The notes below the pieces were generated by a model that had not been told where the DNA came from, searched no databases, and saw only the letters and a list, made by a program, of their open reading frames with translations. DNA of 64,000 bases from an uncultured Gallionellaceae bacterium (GTDB lineage: Bacteria > Pseudomonadota > Gammaproteobacteria > Burkholderiales > Gallionellaceae), in the NCBI GenBank assembly GCA_964480365.1, contig CAYZPM010000019.1:5464-69463 (forward strand), read 5' to 3'. Below are positions 1-8,158 of this stretch, piece after piece (positions within the stretch are counted from its first letter, which is position 1; each line of letters starts with the position of its first letter). The position numbers were made by a program, and so were the translations under genes.

Positions 1-669
1 GCGCGTCCGTGGAATCTGGAACTCGATTACACCAAGGAGATGATGGCAAGCCTGCTGCTGCGTGAGGAATCGCGCTTCCCGCGAAAAGTTCTCCTGATCG
101 GTCTCGGCGCGGCTTCGCTGACCAAATATCTGTACCGCCATTATCCGCTGGCAAAGCTGACGGTGGTGGAGATCGAGCCTGCGGTAGTGGCCGCCGCGCG
201 GCAATTTTTCAAGCTGCCGGAAGACCCATTAAGGCTCAACATCGTGATCGGCGATGGCGTCGAGTATGTGATGTCCAGCGATAAAAACTGGGATCTCATT
301 CTGGTGGATGGTTTCGATGCCGATGCACGCGCCGGGGCGCTCGACACTTTACCTTTCTATCAGGCGGCACAGGCGCGCCTGAGCGGCAACGGCATCATGG
401 CCGTCAATCTGCTCGGACGCAGCAAAGGCTACAAGGCCAGCGTGGAACGTATCCATGCCGCATTCGATGGACGCGCCCTCGCCTTCCCCTCATGCGACAG
501 CGGCAACACCATCGCTTTCGCGGCAGCGGGCGATGTTATCAGCATCGCACTGGACGATCTCAAGGAACAGGCGCTCGAATTGAAGGAAGCTACCGGCCTT
601 AATTTGCTGCCAACATTGACACGACTGGAACAGGCGCAGAGTTGTACGGGCGGAATGCTGGAGTTGTAA
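1..669 (+). CDS. spermidine synthase-like SAM-dependent methyltransferase (5' end outside window)
   Basis: ORF 40..669 stays open back to nt 1 (ARPWNLELDYTKE before the first Met). Has a Rossmann-type VLLIGLGAASL motif, VVEIEP and ILVDGFD motifs typical of the spermidine-synthase fold. Confidence 0.6.
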   Translation, partial: ARPWNLELDYTKEMMASLLLREESRFPRKVLLIGLGAASLTKYLYRHYPLAKLTVVEIEPAVVAAARQFFKLPEDPLRLNIVIGDGVEYVMSSDKNWDLILVDGFDADARAGALDTLPFYQAAQARLSGNGIMAVNLLGRSKGYKASVERIHAAFDGRALAFPSCDSGNTIAFAAAGDVISIALDDLKEQALELKEATGLNLLPTLTRLEQAQSCTGGMLEL

Positions 670-747
670 TTATTCCTGGCTGGCAGTGCAACATAGACGT
701 TTTGTCAGATAACCTGCCAGCAATGGCATTCATGGGTGCCCTCCAAT

Positions 748-957
748 TTATACATTCAGAACACACATCCTCTGTATAAATATATCTGCATTGACCGTCA
801 CAAGATCAGTTGGAAGGGTTGTCAGTTTATTCGTCGGCACAAACTGCTGGTGTAGACACATCAGGGAAACTGCCGGATTCATAACCTCATCACCGTATTC
901 TGCCTCCGCTGAACCGCGTTCTATTTCGTAGTTGCTCATGTTCATTACGATACTCAT
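748..957 (-). CDS. hypothetical small acidic protein (69 aa)
   Basis: ATG at 957 is preceded by a strong Shine-Dalgarno (GAGAGGAGGCGTGTC-ATG). AT-rich context and no family recognised. The longer ORF to 987 lacks an RBS. Confidence 0.4.
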   Translation of the reverse strand: MSIVMNMSNYEIERGSAEAEYGDEVMNPAVSLMCLHQQFVPTNKLTTLPTDLVTVNADIFIQRMCVLNV

Positions 958-1422
958 GACACGCCTCCTCTCAACCTCTTGAAACATTGATCACCATGTG
1001 GATCACTGTACGCCTTCCGCATCGCAAACTCAGTGCGGTAGAGTACATAGGGATGGCAATGACTTTCGCGATGAATGGCATGACCTACACCACCCGCTCA
1101 TGGAACAAATCGAATGTTTCTTTTTAATCGCACAGCATCCATCGTCCAACAAGCAATTCAATACTTGTGGATTTTGTGAATGCTTTTCAACTTTATTATT
1201 GCATAATGGTTTCGTATTTATGGTGAATCCGATCCATTGAAATTTCCAGACTACTATGCTCAGGTGAACTCAGTATTCGGCTTGCATCAAGTTTTGTGTG
1301 GGGGTATTCTCGCCGAAGATAAATAAATTACAGATGCTCATTTCCAAGATGTACTTTCGGTATTGTTGGGTAGTATGGGATCACTGGCGTGATAAAAATT
1401 GATTTTCTAATGCTCCGTTATC

Positions 1423-2724
1423 ATGATTTTTAAACACACACTTTCCGTTGGCGCACAGCCGCTGGTAGCGATGATCATGGTATCCGTACTGGTGGCAGCA
1501 TGCGGAGGCGGGGGCGGAGGGGGTGCTGCACCACCCCAGACCCAAACCCAGAACGCTTTTTACCCTCGTAGCGGTTCCGGCACATTGACATCCCCCCCAA
1601 CGACCGGAGGAAATGTTCTGTCCATTGTGATTGACGCGGGGCCGGCACCCGGGGTCAGAGAAATCAATATACCCTACGTCTCGGTCACGGTCTGCACTCC
1701 GGGTACTTCAGGAACAACTGCCGCCTGCCAAACAATAGATCACGTACAGTTGGATACGGGCTCATCCGGGTTGCGGCTTCTAAATTCCGCGCTATATTCC
1801 AACTTGAACTTGCCAGTTGTCACAAACGGCGGTAAAGCGGTCGGCGAATGCTTGCCTTTTGTGATCGGTACTAATTGGGGCTCAGTGCTTCGCGCGGATA
1901 TCTACCTTGGTGGCGAGGTCGCGCGATCTGTTTCTATTCAAGATATAGGGGATCAACCCGGTGGAGCAACTACAGTTCCAAGCGATTGTTCCGCTACAGG
2001 TGCCCTTCAGAACAGTCAGGCTCAACTTGGCTCCAATGGAATACTTGGCGTTGGGCTTTTCACGAATGACTGTGATCTCTGTCTAACGCAACCAGTCCCT
2101 GCCGCCTATTACACTTGCTCCTCAATCGGCTGCACAGGTTCTAGCGTGACTTCCGCGCAGATCGTAACAAACCCTGTAGCCCTCTTTTCTCAGGATAACA
2201 ACGGTGTTCTAATTCAACTTCCTGCGGTTTCCAATGCCGGTCCAGATTATGGCGCCACCAGCCTCCTCACCGGCTCTCTTATTTTCGGCATCGGCACCGA
2301 GACAAATAACGCGCTTGGCACCGCCACCGTATATGCAACAGACTCAAGCGGCAACTTTAATACCACATTCGATGGCGCGCTCATGGGCAGAAGTGTCATT
2401 GACAGCGGATCGAATGGTCTGTTTTTTTACGACAGCAGTATCCCTGCATGCGCGCTCAATACATGGGCTTACTGTCCGACACCATCGCCGATGAATCTGA
2501 GCGCGACCAATGCCGCAGCAATTGGAGTTGCCAGCGGTGTTGTGAACTTCAGCATAGTCGGCGTCGACAATCTTAACCAAAACGTCGTTGCCGCAAATAT
2601 CGGTGGCCCGAATATAAGCAGCCAATTTGATTGGGGCCTACCCTTCTTTTTCGGTCGGCCTGTGTTCACTGCCATCTCGGGCGCGAGCACGCTATATGGC
2701 ACCGGCCCCTATTTTGCGTACTGA
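1423..2724 (+). CDS. DUF3443-type lipoprotein with pepsin-like aspartic protease motifs
   Basis: Signal peptide with lipobox VAAC followed by a Gly7 linker. Motifs VQLDTGSSGLRLL, SNGILGVGLF and SVIDSGSNGLFF occur in pepsin-like order. The family name is recalled from memory, not searched. Confidence 0.6.
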   Translation: MIFKHTLSVGAQPLVAMIMVSVLVAACGGGGGGGAAPPQTQTQNAFYPRSGSGTLTSPPTTGGNVLSIVIDAGPAPGVREINIPYVSVTVCTPGTSGTTAACQTIDHVQLDTGSSGLRLLNSALYSNLNLPVVTNGGKAVGECLPFVIGTNWGSVLRADIYLGGEVARSVSIQDIGDQPGGATTVPSDCSATGALQNSQAQLGSNGILGVGLFTNDCDLCLTQPVPAAYYTCSSIGCTGSSVTSAQIVTNPVALFSQDNNGVLIQLPAVSNAGPDYGATSLLTGSLIFGIGTETNNALGTATVYATDSSGNFNTTFDGALMGRSVIDSGSNGLFFYDSSIPACALNTWAYCPTPSPMNLSATNAAAIGVASGVVNFSIVGVDNLNQNVVAANIGGPNISSQFDWGLPFFFGRPVFTAISGASTLYGTGPYFAY

Positions 2725-2837
2725 TAAATGCATAGGGTTTTCGGTAGCCTCCCCGCTGCGTAAATTTCCAGTTGTTAGCCAGATGCGACGCTTGAGGGAT
2801 ACCAGTTTTGCAGGGCCATTTAAGTTCAGAGGATAAT

Positions 2838-3299
2838 ATGCACTTCCACACACTGATAGTTACACTGGCTGCGGCATGTTATGTCGCTGCGGCTCACGCG
2901 TCCCTTGGCGGCGACCGTGCCAGCATTGAGGCGGATCGGGTACACATGCAAGTAGATCATGCGGCTCGCCAGACCCCGTCATCTAATGGTAGCTACACCA
3001 TTCACGAAACAACTTTGCCCACTGGCACGATTGTTCGGCAATATCTATCCACGGCGGGAGTGGTATTCGCCGTTACTTGGTCCGGACCATTCAAGCCAGA
3101 TCTTCGACAACTCATGGGACCACATTTCGACACAATGATTGCTCGCCAAGCTGGACAGGTTAACGCCGGTCATCGGTTCGTCAGCCAACATGAGGCAGAT
3201 TTGGTGGTTGAGTCGGGCGGCCACCCGCGCAGCTTCGTGGGGCGTGCCTACTTGCCGAGCGCACTTCCTGCGGGCATTGTCGTGCAAGATATCCAATAG
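2838..3299 (+). CDS. secreted DUF2844-like protein
   Basis: ATG at 2838 follows AGAGGATAAT. Signal peptide MHFHTLIVTLAAACYVAAAHA. Co-oriented 113 nt downstream of the DUF3443 gene, a pairing I recall as recurrent. Confidence 0.5.
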   Translation: MHFHTLIVTLAAACYVAAAHASLGGDRASIEADRVHMQVDHAARQTPSSNGSYTIHETTLPTGTIVRQYLSTAGVVFAVTWSGPFKPDLRQLMGPHFDTMIARQAGQVNAGHRFVSQHEADLVVESGGHPRSFVGRAYLPSALPAGIVVQDIQ

Positions 3300-3395
3300 A
3301 AAAGTGGGCGCGCTCGAAATCTAAACTTGTCGGCATAAGTCATGCATCATTGTTACCACCTACCCTTCAGAGAAGGCCGTCAGATAAATAGGCAT

Positions 3396-4379
3396 TTAGT
3401 TAACATTCGGCAAAACTGTGGCAAAATTACTCCCCAAAATTGAGTACGCTAGCCAAATAGCGATAATGCTATAGACCAATCGCGGCAACCATTCTGCTAA
3501 AGCATCATCTTGCAGGCGGATAGTTTCTGATTCCAGTTGGGTGAAGTGCAGTATGCCGCTGGCTAGCTTGCCACTTTGTTCGCTGCTGTTCACAATATTC
3601 AGCATTGTGGCATTGATACTCGGCACTTTCGCCAGCGTGTCTACAACACTGGCGCCGCTTCCAAGCATCGTTAGCGCCGGAATAAAATGTTCTCTCAAAC
3701 AGACGTTTCTAATACTCGCAACTGCTTTAGGCAAGGCTTCATCAAAGGGTAAGCCGCCTTCCAGCATCATCGCCAGAATATAAAAAAACTCGTTGACTTG
3801 GCGATGAATAATCCACTTGGCAACAACAGGGACTTTCAGTTGCAAATTATGCCATTCTGCTTCTACGCCAAGATTACGTAAAATTCTTGGTAACTGAACC
3901 AACATAGACACGCCTATACCTATAACAAGTAATCGCCCAAAAGTAAGTTGTAAAAAATCAAGTACATTTATTTCCGAGCTAATAAATTCGGGTAGAGGTT
4001 GAATGAACATCGAAATAATCAACATCAATGCTGGAAAGTACAAACGTGATTTTATTTTTTTATTGCGGTTGGATAAGTCAGTGTAGTAGCAGGCAAGTTG
4101 GCCGTAAACTTCTGCCACTCGACCACTGATTTCTGCAGCGTGAATTAACGTTTTTTGTGTGTCATTGAAAATACCTGCCCGGAAACCCGCTTCGGAAATT
4201 TGTCGTCCTGATTTTAATTGTTGCAGCATCGATACCAGTGGTTTTTTTAGCTTAATCTCTGATTGCATCAAAATCGCATAAGCTTGAAAAGCAGGCAGTC
4301 CTGCAGATTCAAGATGTTCTAATTGGGTAAATAATGTGGCAAGTTGTTCCTTGCTTAATGGGGAATCTTTATTGGACAT
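3396..4379 (-). CDS. type II secretion system F (GspF/PilC) family inner-membrane platform protein, orphan
   Basis: 327 aa with two T2SS-F-like halves (LPAFQAYAIL...AGIFNDTQKTLIHAAEISG and GGLPFDEALPKAV...LNIVNSSEQSGKL) and hydrophobic segments. No GspE/pilin genes are adjacent. Confidence 0.7.
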   Translation of the reverse strand: MSNKDSPLSKEQLATLFTQLEHLESAGLPAFQAYAILMQSEIKLKKPLVSMLQQLKSGRQISEAGFRAGIFNDTQKTLIHAAEISGRVAEVYGQLACYYTDLSNRNKKIKSRLYFPALMLIISMFIQPLPEFISSEINVLDFLQLTFGRLLVIGIGVSMLVQLPRILRNLGVEAEWHNLQLKVPVVAKWIIHRQVNEFFYILAMMLEGGLPFDEALPKAVASIRNVCLREHFIPALTMLGSGASVVDTLAKVPSINATMLNIVNSSEQSGKLASGILHFTQLESETIRLQDDALAEWLPRLVYSIIAIWLAYSILGSNFATVLPNVN

Positions 4380-4765
4380 GGAACGGCTCTCAAGTTGCGA
4401 GGGTGGATGCCAAGCATCTTACTACTTACCCCCGTCAAGTATCACGGGAGGCTACCGACCGCCAGTAAATAATCTGATCTTTGAATTGGGCCAAGTGCAT
4501 CCTGCCCGTCTGCAATGCCCCATCGGTGTTTGTCCTATGCCGCCAGCCAAGAAAACTCTGTAAACTCCCCACCTATCAGGAACCACACAATCAGTCATAT
4601 AAATACATTCGTCAAAAATCTGATCGAAGATTGTAGAGTTACGGGCCCATTACACTCAGAAAAAATGCCTCCAATTTGTAGTACACTGGTTTGGCGGCAA
4701 CATCTCACATATCCTTGTAGCTAGACCGACCAGACATAAAACAACGCTGTTGTGAAGGAGTCGGT

Positions 4766-7525
4766 TTGAGTAAGACGCCAAACGAACAAAACCAGTTGCG
4801 AACAAACGCCGAGGCGCAACTCGCACGCGCGCCGGAGAAGAAACTGGGGCCGCGCCCAGCCGAGAAACTGCTGCACGAACTCCAGTTGCATCAGATCGAG
4901 TTGGAGATGCAGAACGAGCAATTGCGACAGTCACAGGTTGAACTGGAAAAATCCCGTGACCGCTACCTGGATTTCTATGATTTTTCCCCAGTCGGTTATC
5001 TCACCCTCAATCACGGGGGGATGATCGACGAAATTAATCTCACCGGTGCAGCGATGCTCGGGGTCGAGCGCAACAAGCTTCCATATCGCCGCTTCGCCAA
5101 TTTCGTTGCCACGGAGGATCGCGACCGCTGGCACCTCTATTTTCTGAATGTGTTAAAAAGCGACGATACACTTGCTTGTGAGCTGACACTCCAACACGAC
5201 GACGCACCCTCCTTTTACGCTAGGCTGGATTGTCTTTGCCTGAAAAATGGCGACAAAGAATCAGTGGTGCGCGTCGTGTTGACCGATGCGCAGCTTGAAA
5301 AAACCCATAGGCAAACTTTGAGGGATATAGAGTATCAAAAATTTGCAATGGATCAGCATTCGATCGTGGCAATTACCGATGTAAGCGGCACTATTACCTA
5401 CGCCAACGATAAATTCTGCTCGATCAGCCAGTATTCACGCGATGAACTGCTTGGGCAGAATCATCGTTTACTTAATTCCGGGACGCATTCGAAAGAGTTT
5501 TTTAATGACATGTACCGCACCATTGCTGCTGGTGAGGTCTGGCATGGGGATATTTGCAATCGTGCCAAGGACGGCAGCCTGTATTGGGTGGCGACCACCA
5601 TCGTTCCAAACTTAGACAGTGATGGGCTTCCGTTTCAATATGTTGCTATACGAACAGATATCACCGAACGCAAGAAATCTGAAGAGGCGCGCACCGCAGA
5701 GCTGGAGCAAGTGGCGGAGAACATGCGCATTTTCGTCAAGCATGCCCCAATCAGCATTGCAATGTTTGATTGCACCATGAATTATCTGGCGGCGAGCGAC
5801 CAGTGGATCGCGGATTACGGACGTGGCTATGCGGATTTGGTTGGGCGCAACCATTATGAAGTTCATCCTGATCTGCCGGATGGGTGGAGACATGTGCATC
5901 AACAATGCCTGGCAGGGGCGACGCTTAAGAATGACAATGACCTTTGGTACCAGAGCGACGGCAGCAGGGAATGGCTAAGCTGGGTCGTCCTGCCTTGGCG
6001 CTATCCCAGCGGCAAGATCGGGGGCATCATCATTTCCGCTGAGAACATCACTGAACGTAAGATCGCTGAGGAGGCACTACGGAAAAGCGAAGAAAATTAT
6101 CGCAGCCTGTTTGCAAACATGCTGGATGGATATGCGCATTGCAGAATACTGTTAGCGCAAGGCATTCCACAAGATTTCATCTATCTAAATGTCAACAGCC
6201 AATTCGAGAAGCTGACCGGGCTGAAGAATGTAGTCGGTAAAAAGGTCAGCGAGGTCATTCCGGGCATACGAGAATCCAACCCGGAACTGTTAGAGATTTA
6301 CGGAAGAGTGGCTTCAACCGGAAATCCGGAATCGTTCGAAACTTATTTGGAGCCATTGCGAATATGGTTTTCTGTTGCTGTCTACAGTACGGAAAAAGAA
6401 CATTTCGTTGCAGTATTTAAAGACATTACCGAACACAAACAATCTGAGCAAGAATTGATTGTCATGAATAATCAATTGACGCACGAAGTCGCAAAAAGAA
6501 CCGCCGACTTATCCGCGCTCACCGCGCATATCCAGAAAATAGCGGAATCGGAAAGGTCAAACTTGGCGCGCGAATTGCACGATGAATTGGGCAGTACGCT
6601 GGCTGGCATAAGCATGGAGCTCGGACGGCTAAAAGGAAAAATTTCCGCTCCTGAACTGTTACAGGATATGTCCTTGATCAAAGAACTTGTATCACATGCT
6701 ACCCAGACCACGCGGGGGGTCATCGATCAACTCTACCCAACCGTTCTGGATACCTATGGCTTTGTTGCCGCAGTTGAGTGGCTGGTTAATGAGTATAGAA
6801 AGCACTCTGAAATTGATGTTGAACTCGCCTTGTCAAATGAAGAGTTTGTCATGGAACCAACTTTTGCCTTGGCGGCATATCGCATCACCCAAGAGTGCCT
6901 GACCAACGTTGCCAAGCATGCCGGGGCCAGCAAGGTGCACATTGATGCAAAAGCCAGCAACGGTTTTCTTGATCTGACCATACATGACAACGGGAAAGGC
7001 TTGTCCGGCAGGATAAATACCGGCAGCCACGGGATTTTCGGAATGATCGAACGGGCGCGTTATCTGGGAGGTTTGATGGAAATCGGGAGCGAGGATGGGA
7101 AGGGAACGACTGCCCACCTCCACCTTCCTCTGGCATCCGACCGACCAACATACAAAAAAAGGGTATTGGTAGTCGACGATCATGCCATCGTCCGTGATGC
7201 TCTGCGGCAGCTTCTGGACAGGGAGACTGACGATTTTTCAGTCGAGGGAGAGGCTGCGGACGGAAAGGTCGCCGTCCAGATGGCTATTGAAGGCGAGTGG
7301 GATCTTATGCTGCTGGACATCACCCTGCCGAAAAAGAACGGTATAAAAGTGCTGGAAGAAGTCATTGCGGTCAAGTCTAATCTGCCCATCATCATGCTGA
7401 GCAGCCATTCGAAAGATGAATATGGAGAGCTCGCGCTTTCGAAAGGGGCGGCTGGCTATATTGAGAAAGGGGAAACAAGCAAATTGATTGAAGCGATGCG
7501 GCGAGCTACGCTGATCCAACAATAG
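4766..7525 (+). CDS. multi-PAS sensor histidine kinase (HisKA_3 type) with C-terminal receiver domain
   Basis: TTG start 5 nt after AAGGAG. Has a coiled coil ELEMQNEQLRQS and several PAS S-box modules. H-box is LARELHDELGSTLAG (NarX/LiaS type), ATPase part is ITQECLTNVAKHA...DNGKG...GIFGMIERA. Receiver is VLVVDDHAIVRD...LMLLDITLP with no output domain. Confidence 0.85.
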   Translation: MSKTPNEQNQLRTNAEAQLARAPEKKLGPRPAEKLLHELQLHQIELEMQNEQLRQSQVELEKSRDRYLDFYDFSPVGYLTLNHGGMIDEINLTGAAMLGVERNKLPYRRFANFVATEDRDRWHLYFLNVLKSDDTLACELTLQHDDAPSFYARLDCLCLKNGDKESVVRVVLTDAQLEKTHRQTLRDIEYQKFAMDQHSIVAITDVSGTITYANDKFCSISQYSRDELLGQNHRLLNSGTHSKEFFNDMYRTIAAGEVWHGDICNRAKDGSLYWVATTIVPNLDSDGLPFQYVAIRTDITERKKSEEARTAELEQVAENMRIFVKHAPISIAMFDCTMNYLAASDQWIADYGRGYADLVGRNHYEVHPDLPDGWRHVHQQCLAGATLKNDNDLWYQSDGSREWLSWVVLPWRYPSGKIGGIIISAENITERKIAEEALRKSEENYRSLFANMLDGYAHCRILLAQGIPQDFIYLNVNSQFEKLTGLKNVVGKKVSEVIPGIRESNPELLEIYGRVASTGNPESFETYLEPLRIWFSVAVYSTEKEHFVAVFKDITEHKQSEQELIVMNNQLTHEVAKRTADLSALTAHIQKIAESERSNLARELHDELGSTLAGISMELGRLKGKISAPELLQDMSLIKELVSHATQTTRGVIDQLYPTVLDTYGFVAAVEWLVNEYRKHSEIDVELALSNEEFVMEPTFALAAYRITQECLTNVAKHAGASKVHIDAKASNGFLDLTIHDNGKGLSGRINTGSHGIFGMIERARYLGGLMEIGSEDGKGTTAHLHLPLASDRPTYKKRVLVVDDHAIVRDALRQLLDRETDDFSVEGEAADGKVAVQMAIEGEWDLMLLDITLPKKNGIKVLEEVIAVKSNLPIIMLSSHSKDEYGELALSKGAAGYIEKGETSKLIEAMRRATLIQQ

Positions 7526-7589
7526 CAATATCGCTGTCGCTAGGTATCTGTTTTTATTTTTACATTTACTAAATATAGAGCATTGAAAA

Positions 7590-7907
7590 ATGGCTGAATT
7601 CAAGAATATAGATGTGATGGAATTGAAGACCTTGCTAGAAAAAGGAAACATCTGTCTGGTAGATGTGCGTACCGAGGCGGAGGTCAGGCAAGGATTTATT
7701 AAAGGGGCAGAAATGCTGCCTTTGCATTTGTTACCTGTACGTATGCATGAATTTGATAGTGCTGTACCGACCGTGTTCTATTGTCGCGTTGGCGCACGTT
7801 CGGCGCAGGCTGCGACGTTCGCCGCAGCAAAAGGTTTTGCAAATGCTTATAACCTGCAAGGCGGAATCCTTGCGTGGGCGCAGGCGGGTTTACCGTTGGT
7901 GACATGA
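7590..7907 (+). CDS. rhodanese-like domain protein
   Basis: 105 aa single rhodanese domain with active-site loop FYCRVGARSAQAA. Confidence 0.8.
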   Translation: MAEFKNIDVMELKTLLEKGNICLVDVRTEAEVRQGFIKGAEMLPLHLLPVRMHEFDSAVPTVFYCRVGARSAQAATFAAAKGFANAYNLQGGILAWAQAGLPLVT

Positions 7908-8005
7908 GGAATAGTATTAATGTTTTACTGCTTGCTGTCTTATGTACCCCGTAAGCGCTAATCAGACGTTTCGACCGTACTATCACCGTTGATTAAGGTG
8001 TCAAT

Positions 8006-8128
8006 ATGTGTGGACGCTTCCTCTTCCATGGCTAACTGTCAAGCGAAACTGAACCATATCGCATTCCAGGAACAATCGTGGGTATGCCATCGGGGGTGAA
8101 GAAGCCAGCTACGAATGTGAAAACATAA
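8006..8128 (+). pseudogene. possible remnant of an SOS-response-associated peptidase (SRAP/YedK-like) gene
   Basis: Reads MCGRFLFHG-stop-LSSETEPYRIPGTIVGMPSGVKKP in one frame. MCGRF is the diagnostic SRAP N-terminus (Cys2 nucleophile) and PYRIPGT resembles the RYNIAPT/G motif. Only about 40 codons with an in-frame stop. Confidence 0.3.
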
Positions 8129-8158
8129 TCCATGCGGCAACGCGGCAAGGAGGATGAG

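Noticed and set aside
998-1240. 80-aa ORF in the AT-rich stretch upstream of the DUF3443 gene
   Set aside because: No RBS, a Cys/His/Phe-rich odd composition, and no recognisable motif. More likely non-coding promoter DNA.
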